Positions 56,420 to 64,000 of a stretch of DNA of 64,000 bases are shown here, piece by piece; the stretch's first letter is position 1, and each line of letters begins with the position of its first letter. The stretch lies in NCBI GenBank assembly GCA_044376115.1, contig JBILLK010000008.1, forward strand, positions 288,001-352,000, given 5' to 3'. Made by a program: the position numbers and the translations under genes. The stretch is from Polyangiaceae bacterium (GTDB taxonomy: Bacteria > Myxococcota_A > Polyangia > Polyangiales > Polyangiaceae). The notes under the pieces are model-generated. The model was not told the DNA's origin and made no database searches. It saw only the letters and a list, made by a program, of their open reading frames with translations.

Positions 56420-58396
56420 TCAGGGCCCAATGCGATAAACGTTCGCGGACTGATTTGCCACCGTGACGGCAAAGCCCTCCGTTGCGAGCTGTGCCCGTTC
56501 GACGCTGCCCGCCGCTTCATCCTTCTTGCCCGAGCCATCGAGGAGCAGGGTCAAGGGCAAGGCGCCGTCTTTGAGCCCGGCAGAGAGCAGCAGCTCCTCG
56601 GGAAGGCGGATGGGGCCAGCAGCCTCCCCCCCAACGCCGAAGTTTGAAACCACGACGACCACCGAGCCGCCTCCTTCAGCAAACCGAGCAAAAGGAAACA
56701 AGCTGCCGTTGGCGTCCGGATTGGCGCCGGGGTTATTGAGGTAACGCAAACCCCAATAGCGATTACCGCGGACCTCCGGAGCTTGCGATAGCGCAAGCAG
56801 GTCCTTGTAGTACGAGCGTAAAGACGTTTGCTCGGCGCTGAGCCCTGCACCGTCATACTGATGGTTGTTCACCCAGCCCACGAAGGCCGGCATTGACCAG
56901 TAATCGAAGATCGACGTGCGGCCGTCATCCCCGCCGAAGCCCTCGCGACCAGCGCCTAGCTCGCCCACCTCCTGGCCGTTGTACATGAGCACTGGGCCGT
57001 TGCTGTAGAGGAAGATCAGGGGAGCGAGTTGCCGCCCAGCGTTGGCCGCACCAAAGCCGGTAGCGTCCGGGTTGTCCCCAGGGACGATGGGCGAGGCGAT
57101 GCGGCGCTCATCATGATTCTCTAGATATGTGAGATAAAGCTTGCGTACGGGGCTATCAAAGCTCCCGAGCAGCGAATCGACGTCATCGAGCGACGCCTTA
57201 CCCAGATAGAGTCGCTTTAGCGTGTCAACCGCCGCATCCAAGTAGACAGCGTCGAAGCCTGCGCCAAGGAGCCCCTGAAGGTTCTCGTAGGCCTCCGCGA
57301 CAAAGTAGGTATCGGGCTTGCGCTGTTTCGCGTTGGCGAGGATGGAGCCCCAGGCCTCCGTGGGAACGTAGTGAGCGAAGTCCACTCGAAAGCCGTCGAC
57401 GCCCTTGTCTTGCCAATAGCTCAAGATGTCGTCCACCTTGTTCCAAGTGTCCGGGATGGGGTCAAATGAGCTCGCGCTGGGATCCGCGAAGTTGAAGCCG
57501 TAGTTGAGCTTGACGGTCTCATACCAGTCATTCACCGACGGGTTCGGGGAGGTGACGTTGTTGCCGGTCGCGCGCGGAACGCGCCCGCTACCGCCGTCTT
57601 CTGGGCCGAATAGGCCGTCGAACACGACCCCACTAGGGTTCCAGTCCGCGGGCTTCTGCAAGCCCAGCGCTTGGCCAGCCGGATCGGGGAGATAAAAGAA
57701 GTTGTTTGCTGAGGAGAAGAAGACGCTCTTGTCGTCGTTCTTCCCAAAATCCATCTCGGGTTTGACCACGCTGCCGTAGCCGCGCGCTACATGGTTGGGA
57801 ACGAGGTCAATCATGACCTTCAAGTCGGCGGCATGAATGCGAGCGACCAACGCCTCGAACTCTGCCATCCGCTCTGCCGGGTTCTGTGCGTAATCCGGAC
57901 AGACATCGTAGTAGTCGCGAATCGCATAGAACGACCCGGCTCGACCCTTGACCACGTCGGCGTCATCGGCCGCGAGCCCGACGGAATCATGCTCTGTAAG
58001 CGTTGCCTGACGCAGCACGCCCGTCAGCCAGATGTGCGTTGCACCAAGCGACTTGATCTCCGCGATCGCCTTGTCGTCGATATCGGCGAATTTGCCCGAG
58101 CCGTTCTCGGCCAACGTACCGTCCACCGCCCGCGTCTCGTTGGTGTTTCCGAACAACCGCACCACGAGCTGATAGATGACTTTCTTTTGAGCCTCGCCGT
58201 CAAAGGCCTGCCCACCAGCTCCTCCGTTACCCCCCATGGCGCCTCCTCCGCTACCACCCGCGTCATTGCCGCCACTCGTCGCCGACGTGGGGCCGGTGGG
58301 TATCTCACTATCGTCTCCGCACGCCGCAGGCCCCCCGGTCAGCAACAATGCACAAAGGCTAGGCCAAAAGCTGTTTGCACGCGCCGTTGCTCGCAT
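56420..58396 (-). CDS. GH13 alpha-amylase family lipoprotein
   Basis: DLVPNH, DGFRVDFAH, FVAEAY, LENHDE; ATG at 58396 with AAC lipobox. Confidence 0.92.
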   Translation of the reverse strand: MRATARANSFWPSLCALLLTGGPAACGDDSEIPTGPTSATSGGNDAGGSGGGAMGGNGGAGGQAFDGEAQKKVIYQLVVRLFGNTNETRAVDGTLAENGSGKFADIDDKAIAEIKSLGATHIWLTGVLRQATLTEHDSVGLAADDADVVKGRAGSFYAIRDYYDVCPDYAQNPAERMAEFEALVARIHAADLKVMIDLVPNHVARGYGSVVKPEMDFGKNDDKSVFFSSANNFFYLPDPAGQALGLQKPADWNPSGVVFDGLFGPEDGGSGRVPRATGNNVTSPNPSVNDWYETVKLNYGFNFADPSASSFDPIPDTWNKVDDILSYWQDKGVDGFRVDFAHYVPTEAWGSILANAKQRKPDTYFVAEAYENLQGLLGAGFDAVYLDAAVDTLKRLYLGKASLDDVDSLLGSFDSPVRKLYLTYLENHDERRIASPIVPGDNPDATGFGAANAGRQLAPLIFLYSNGPVLMYNGQEVGELGAGREGFGGDDGRTSIFDYWSMPAFVGWVNNHQYDGAGLSAEQTSLRSYYKDLLALSQAPEVRGNRYWGLRYLNNPGANPDANGSLFPFARFAEGGGSVVVVVSNFGVGGEAAGPIRLPEELLLSAGLKDGALPLTLLLDGSGKKDEAAGSVERAQLATEGFAVTVANQSANVYRIGP

Positions 58397-58518
58397 CTCT
58401 TTGGCATAGCGCCGCTCGGCGTGCGAAGCGAGCCTGCTCGTTCGGCACGCGCAAGTCTCGCTATTGCCTCTCCGCTCCACGTCCTCTACTGCCCACCCGC
58501 ACCGCTCGAGAAAGCCCG

Positions 58519-60348
58519 ATGAAACCGACCCAAAGCCGCAAACCCTCCCTGTTATGGGCCGCTCTGTTCATTCTTGGCTGCCGTTCAGCGTTTGGAGACG
58601 CGCTCGAACGGGGGGATCAGATGGCAGCGCTCGGTCGCTGGGATGAGGCCGCCGCAGCTTACCAGCGGGCGGTCTCGCTCGAGCCCGGGGATGAGGAGGC
58701 CACCCTCAAACTCAAGAACGCTAAACGTCAGCAGGCCCAAGCTCGCGTCGAGCGCGGTAACGAGCTGATGAAGGCTGGAAAGGCGCGCGAAGCACTCGTG
58801 CCCTTCTCGGAGGCGGTAGAGCTCGATCGCGACAGCGTCGCTGCGCGCGACGGGCTCGAGCGGGCGAAGCTCGAGGTCGTGAAGCAGGCCGAAGAAGCGA
58901 TGGGAGCGGCTCGCTTCAAGGACGCGTTCGAGTTAGCGCGCGCGGTGCTTTTGGTCGAGCCCGGGCACAGTAAGGCAGCCGAGCTTGAGTCACGGGCGCG
59001 CAGTGAGGTAACACGTGCGGCCATCGCTCGAGCGGCCGCGCACGAACAAGCCGGCGACCTCTCAGCCGCATCGCTCGACTATGGCGAGGCCGTTGAATAC
59101 AGCCGTCAGCATCGGGAGGCCTTGGAAGCACTAGCGCGGGTTCGCACGAAGCTCCGCGATCAGGTCACCTACTACATCGCGCTCAAAAATTTCGACGGAG
59201 ACCAAAGCGCGGATGACCTTGGCGCTGACGTCAACGCCACCGTGCTTGCGCAGGGCATCGACCCCAAGCTTCCGCTGCGCATCGTCGATAAGCTCGACAA
59301 GAAGGCTAGCGGCGGAACGCTGCAGGGGATGCGCCTCGGCGGGCTCTTCCAGGCCTATCGGCACGCACGAAACAAGACAGCATCGAGCCGCAGCTGCGAC
59401 TACATCTGTGGCACCGAGTGGGTGGCCAACCCGCGCTACGCCACCGCGGAAGCGGAGATGCGCACCGCGCAGGCGGCCGTGACCACCGCGGAGGGACGAC
59501 TCGCAAACGCGAAGAGCGCCGTTGCTCCGGCCGAGCAGCTTCGAGCCTCGGCGGAAGCGCGACTCAACCAACGCAAGGCAGAGGCCGACCGAGCGGAGCA
59601 AGAGCTATCGAACTGTAAGTCCTCCGCGAGTGGGCAGCCCAATGCCTGCAACGCGCAGCAACAACGCAAAGACCAGGCCGCAGAGGATGAGCGCGTGGCG
59701 GAGCAAGAGCTTCGAAGCGCGGACCAGGCGCTATCGAACGCGCGCAGCGAAGCGCAGAGCGCTGAGAGCGATCTGTCGTCGAAACGCTCCGAGGCCGCCA
59801 GCCGGAGCAGTACGTTCCAAAGCACGCCGCAAAAGATCGAACAGGACAAACACTGCACCCACAGCTACGCGGTCGAGACGGTCGTCGTCTCGGGCGAGGT
59901 CAGCGTCGCATTGCGCGGCGAGGCCCTTTATTCGACCGACGTGGTGCTCAACCGCGGCGTAACCGGCCGTGTGCTTCGCTCCGACGAGACCTTCCCTCCG
60001 CAAGCCGGCCGCTGCGCCGAGGTAGCGAGCGGTGACCCCCTGCTAGTGCCCAGCGAGACCGAGGCGCGCAAGCTCGTACTTGCCTCGGCGATCGCCGAAA
60101 CACAGACGGAGTTGCTAACTGCGTTTCAGAGCTACCGCACAGACTATTTGACGCGCGGGCAAGCCGCCTTTGAGGACCAAAAGGCGAAGGAAGGCATCGA
60201 CCTACTGGTGCGCTTTCTAGCCAGCCGCGGCTCTGCTCCTGAACGCGGCGCGGCGGCCGAAGAGGGGGCCATTGCACGATTGAGTCAAGCCGCCACGGTC
60301 AGCGAGCGAGCGGTGCGCGTTGCGCTTTGGGGGCCTGAACAGCTGTGA
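58519..60348 (+). CDS. TPR lipoprotein with long inserted coiled coil
   Basis: ILGC lipobox, several TPRs, ~130-aa heptad region flanked by Cys-containing strands. Confidence 0.8.
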   Translation: MKPTQSRKPSLLWAALFILGCRSAFGDALERGDQMAALGRWDEAAAAYQRAVSLEPGDEEATLKLKNAKRQQAQARVERGNELMKAGKAREALVPFSEAVELDRDSVAARDGLERAKLEVVKQAEEAMGAARFKDAFELARAVLLVEPGHSKAAELESRARSEVTRAAIARAAAHEQAGDLSAASLDYGEAVEYSRQHREALEALARVRTKLRDQVTYYIALKNFDGDQSADDLGADVNATVLAQGIDPKLPLRIVDKLDKKASGGTLQGMRLGGLFQAYRHARNKTASSRSCDYICGTEWVANPRYATAEAEMRTAQAAVTTAEGRLANAKSAVAPAEQLRASAEARLNQRKAEADRAEQELSNCKSSASGQPNACNAQQQRKDQAAEDERVAEQELRSADQALSNARSEAQSAESDLSSKRSEAASRSSTFQSTPQKIEQDKHCTHSYAVETVVVSGEVSVALRGEALYSTDVVLNRGVTGRVLRSDETFPPQAGRCAEVASGDPLLVPSETEARKLVLASAIAETQTELLTAFQSYRTDYLTRGQAAFEDQKAKEGIDLLVRFLASRGSAPERGAAAEEGAIARLSQAATVSERAVRVALWGPEQL

Positions 60349-61187
60349 AAGCTTATCTGGAATTGCTGCGAGAGATTCTCACCAATGGGTCCCCTCGCGA
60401 CGATCGCACGGGCACCGGAACGGTGGCCATCTTCGGGTATCAGATGCGCTTCGATCTGGCCCAGGGCTTCCCGCTCGTGACGACCAAGAAGGTCCACCTC
60501 ACCAGCATCATTCACGAGCTCCTGTGGTTTCTTAGTGGGTCGACCCGAGTGGAGCCGCTTACCGAAAAGGGCGTAAAGATCTGGAACGAGTGGGCCACCG
60601 AAGAGCAATGCGCTCGCTTTGGCCGAGAGGCTGGAGATCTCGGACCTATCTATGGCCATCAGTGGCGCAACTTCGGCGCCTCCAAAGCCGAGCACGGTAG
60701 CTACAACACGGATGGCGTCGATCAGATCACGCAGGTGGTCGAGCAGATCCGCAAGAACCCACACTCGCGCCGCTTGATCGTGACGGGGTGGCACCCGGCC
60801 GAGGCCGACAAAGTCGCGCTACCACCGTGCCACACGCTGTTTCAGTTCTTCGTCGATCAAGGTCGGCTCTCGTGCCAACTATACCAACGCTCGGGCGATG
60901 CCTTTCTCGGCGTTCCCTTCAACATCGCGAGCTACGCCCTGTTGACGATGATGGTCGCGCAAGTGACCCAGCTCAAGCCGGGTTTTTTCGTTCACAGCTT
61001 TGGCGACGTCCACTTGTACAAGAACCATCTTGAGCAGGCTCGACTCCAGATCGAGCGACAACCTCGCCCCTTGCCCACCATGCACCTCGATCCGAGTGTC
61101 ACCGAGCTACTCGACTTCCGCTTCGAGCACTTCGAGCTTCGGAACTACGATCCGCATCCGCACATCAAAGCCGACGTGAGCGTCTGA
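60345..61187 (+). CDS. thyA: Thymidylate synthase
   Basis: [35 protein letters not shown]. Confidence 0.97.
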   Translation: MKAYLELLREILTNGSPRDDRTGTGTVAIFGYQMRFDLAQGFPLVTTKKVHLTSIIHELLWFLSGSTRVEPLTEKGVKIWNEWATEEQCARFGREAGDLGPIYGHQWRNFGASKAEHGSYNTDGVDQITQVVEQIRKNPHSRRLIVTGWHPAEADKVALPPCHTLFQFFVDQGRLSCQLYQRSGDAFLGVPFNIASYALLTMMVAQVTQLKPGFFVHSFGDVHLYKNHLEQARLQIERQPRPLPTMHLDPSVTELLDFRFEHFELRNYDPHPHIKADVSV

Positions 61188-61678
61188 TGCTGCCATTGCA
61201 ATTGATCGTGGCGATGAACGACGCGCGCGTGATTGGCAAGGCAGGTGCGCTGCCGTGGCACTTTCGCGAGGACCTCCAGCACTTCAAGAAAACCACGCTG
61301 GGTCACGCCGTGATCATGGGCCGGCTGACCTTTGAGTCGATGGGTAAGCCGCTCCCTGGGCGCCGGAACCTCGTTGTATCTAGCCGACCGATCGCCGGGG
61401 TGGAGGTGTTTTCGTCGTTGGCGCTCGCGATCGAAGCGGCCCGCACCAGTGATAGCGCGCCCTTTGTGATAGGGGGCGCACGCCTGTACGCGGCGGCCCT
61501 TCCCATCGTGACGGACCTGCACCTCACGCACGTCGATGTTGAAGTCGAGGGCGCTGACACTTACTTCCCAGCGTTTGACCCAACCGACTTTGATGAACTA
61601 ACGCGCCGTGTCGGAGAAGACCCTCGCTTGCAGTTCGTGCAGCTCAAGCGTCGTGAAAAGCGCGGCTCTTTCGATTAG
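61187..61678 (+). CDS. folA: Dihydrofolate reductase
   Basis: VIG..GALPW...DL.HFK, IMGR.TFES, PLPGRRN, IGGA, DTYFP; follows thyA. Confidence 0.96.
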   Translation: MLPLQLIVAMNDARVIGKAGALPWHFREDLQHFKKTTLGHAVIMGRLTFESMGKPLPGRRNLVVSSRPIAGVEVFSSLALAIEAARTSDSAPFVIGGARLYAAALPIVTDLHLTHVDVEVEGADTYFPAFDPTDFDELTRRVGEDPRLQFVQLKRREKRGSFD

Positions 61679-61687
61679 GCTAGAGCC

Positions 61688-62905
61688 ATGCAAGGAACTT
61701 CCTTCCGCCGGGCCTCACGCTTCAACCTCGCGCTAATCACCATTCTCGCAGCGCCAATGCTGCATTGCGGGGATGATACAGGGACGGGCGCTTCCACCAC
61801 TGGCGGTGGCGGCTCGGGCGGCGTGGAAGAGGGCGGCGGCGGCGGAACGGCAGGAAGTGGCGGAACGGGTGGAGCTGGAGCCTCCGGGCCGATCAATGCG
61901 CCGGCCGACGAGTGGACGTTCGTCGACTTCCCGGACGCGGTGTGTATGAACGGCTCGCCGACGGGCATCGCTATCAATCCCCACGCCTCTTCCGAGGACG
62001 TACTGATCTTCCTCGAAGGCGGCAACGCGTGCTTCAACCTCATCAGCTGTCTTTCCACCGCCAACCTCGACGGGTACGACGCTGCGAAGTTTGAGGCTGA
62101 GGGCCCCGGTACGCTCGCAGGGTCGCCTTACCTCGACCGCAACAACGCCGCCAATCCGCTGGCCGATTTCAGCTACGTCTACGTGCCGTATTGCACCGGT
62201 GATGTTCACGCCGGAGACGCCGCAGACGTGATGGTTGCAGGGGAAGCTCGCCAGTTCCACGGCCACAAGAACATGGGCCTCTATCTCGACCGCTTGGTCC
62301 AGACTTTCCCCAACGCAAAGCGCGTCGTGTTGAGCGGCGCAAGCGCAGGCGGCTTTGGTGCGGCCTTCAATTACGACCTCGTATCGGAGGCCTTTGGGTC
62401 TTCGGTGAAGGTCACGCTGATCGACGATAGCGGTCCGCCGATGGGGGATGAGTTCATCGCCGAGTGTCTACAGAGTCACCTCAAGACCACCTGGGGCCTT
62501 TCAGAAACGCTACCGGCAGACTGTGCGGACTGTGCAGCCGACTCCTGGGCTGAGCCTTTCGTCAATCACATCCTCACCAAGTACCCGGAGCGCAGCATCG
62601 GGCTGATTTCGAGCGAGGCAGACGCTACGATCACGACCTTCTGGGCCTTTGGAGAAAACAACTGCGCTAACCTCAACTCTGGTTTGCCGATCTATCCCGA
62701 AGGGAAGTACCTACTAGGCCTCGAGGACCTGCGCGATCGCATCGGAGCCGGGACCAACTTTGGCATGTTCCTGATTCCGGGCGACGAGCACGTGTTCATG
62801 GACAACGGGCTAGACGCTGTTTCGGTCGACGGAGTCAAACTCGAAGACTGGATTCGCGACGCGATTGCCGAGGAACCGACCTGGGCTAGCGTTTCCGCTC
62901 CCTGA
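61688..62905 (+). CDS. Pectin-acetylesterase-family hydrolase lipoprotein
   Basis: C.NGS.TG, FLEGGNAC, VPYCTGDVH.G, GASAGG. Confidence 0.85.
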   Translation: MQGTSFRRASRFNLALITILAAPMLHCGDDTGTGASTTGGGGSGGVEEGGGGGTAGSGGTGGAGASGPINAPADEWTFVDFPDAVCMNGSPTGIAINPHASSEDVLIFLEGGNACFNLISCLSTANLDGYDAAKFEAEGPGTLAGSPYLDRNNAANPLADFSYVYVPYCTGDVHAGDAADVMVAGEARQFHGHKNMGLYLDRLVQTFPNAKRVVLSGASAGGFGAAFNYDLVSEAFGSSVKVTLIDDSGPPMGDEFIAECLQSHLKTTWGLSETLPADCADCAADSWAEPFVNHILTKYPERSIGLISSEADATITTFWAFGENNCANLNSGLPIYPEGKYLLGLEDLRDRIGAGTNFGMFLIPGDEHVFMDNGLDAVSVDGVKLEDWIRDAIAEEPTWASVSAP

Positions 62906-62942
62906 GTCGAAACCGGGACCTCGTGGCCCGACCCATCGAAGC

Positions 62943-62968
62943 AAAGACCCGCCCACCGGCGGGTCTTT
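62943..62968. terminator. Rho-independent terminator
   Basis: aaagacccgcc-cacc-ggcgggtcttt. Confidence 0.8.
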
Positions 62969-63120
62969 CGCTATTCGGCCCCTGGTGGAGGTGGATCCAT
63001 GGTCGCACGCACACCTTGCCACCAAAATGCTCACGCGGGCGTACATGACCCATCGGCAGTGGGGTTGGACTGATACCGTGGTCGAGTCGAAGTGACCGAA
63101 CCTCGAAACGGAGCGGCATC

Positions 63121-64000
63121 ATGATCTTTAGCCTCACGTGTAGCGCACTCTCAGGCCTCCCCAACTTGCGAGTAGCGGGGTTCAAAGGCGTGGAGAAGAT
63201 CTCTACGCCTTACCAGTTCGACATCTATTTCTCGATCAACATCCTGCCCGACCTCCCGCTCGAACTCGACCTATCGGAGGCGTTGTTCTTGAGCGCTACG
63301 CTCACCATGCAGCTCGGCAATGAATTGCCGATCTCTTACTCGGGGATCCTGTCTTCGATTCGCCTGGTTCGGGCAGCGCAGAACGTGGCGCTGTTTCACG
63401 CGCGGCTCGTGCCGCAGGTTTGGCAGCTCACGCTTACCAAACACTCACGCATCTGGACGAAGAAGAGCTGCACCGACGTAATCAAGCAGGTCCTCGAAGA
63501 GTCGGATGTCGCGCACGAGTTCCGACTGCAGTCCCCCTACCCGACCGAAGAACAGATCTCGCAATACAAGGAGAGCAACTTCGCCTTCATCTCGCGCTGG
63601 ATGGAGCGCGAGGGCATGTATTACTTCTTTGAGCAGGTCGACGGGAAAGACGTGATGGTCATCACGGATCACAAGTCGGCGCACAGCTCATTGCGCAGCT
63701 CGCCGGTCACCTACTCACCAACGACAGGCGAGCAGGCGCTTGCCTCGCAGTTCTTCGACAACTTCGCGGCGACCCACAATGCGCTCCCAGCAACGGTGCG
63801 GGTCATCGACTACGACTATGCGCGCCCTCTACTCGACGTCTCGAGTACCGTTGACGTCGAGCCCAACGCCGTCGGCGAGCTCGCCGAGTACGGCGGCCGG
63901 TTCTTCAGTCCCGAGGACGCGCAACGACTGGCGAAGGTTCGCGCCGAGGACCAACTCGTACGTAAGCAGCAATTCTTCGCGACGGGCGCCGCGACCAACC
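63121..64000 (+). CDS. vgrG: Type VI secretion tip protein VgrG (5' part, truncated by window end)
   Basis: Manual translation from ATG 63121: F.G.EKISTPYQFDI..., LVPQVWQLTL..HSRI, QYKESNFAFISRWMEREGMYYFFE, DYDY.RP. Confidence 0.92.
   Translation, partial: MIFSLTCSALSGLPNLRVAGFKGVEKISTPYQFDIYFSINILPDLPLELDLSEALFLSATLTMQLGNELPISYSGILSSIRLVRAAQNVALFHARLVPQVWQLTLTKHSRIWTKKSCTDVIKQVLEESDVAHEFRLQSPYPTEEQISQYKESNFAFISRWMEREGMYYFFEQVDGKDVMVITDHKSAHSSLRSSPVTYSPTTGEQALASQFFDNFAATHNALPATVRVIDYDYARPLLDVSSTVDVEPNAVGELAEYGGRFFSPEDAQRLAKVRAEDQLVRKQQFFATGAATN

Overview
GC-rich chromosomal segment, most likely from a myxobacterium (Polyangiaceae/Sorangiineae-like; inferred from an SgmX-like TPR protein, an MXAN_5808-type S41 peptidase, a DUF1552/DUF1592 pair and Gly-rich lipoproteins). 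It is densely coding, with about 52 supportable CDS. Housekeeping genes: era, der, glgA, tatA, tldD, pdxA, dtd, trmO, thyA, folA. It also holds a benzoyl-CoA oxidation module (boxC, boxB and a BoxR/BzdR-type regulator with two visible operator boxes, but no boxA), a large MoxR/RavA-type AAA+ plus vWA gene pair, polysaccharide-related genes and many secreted or lipoprotein genes. A vgrG gene runs off the right edge and is missing from the ORF track. I saw no rRNA, tRNA, CRISPR array, transposase or integrase. Two non-coding signals stand out. The first is a modular family of palindromic repeats built from GAA-triloop hairpins and a 13-bp inverted repeat, found at three loci, two of which bracket the cpsB-like gene. 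The second is a triplicated 3' end of the ArsA-like gene whose oldest copy differs mainly at synonymous positions. All family calls are from motif recognition by eye, not database searches.
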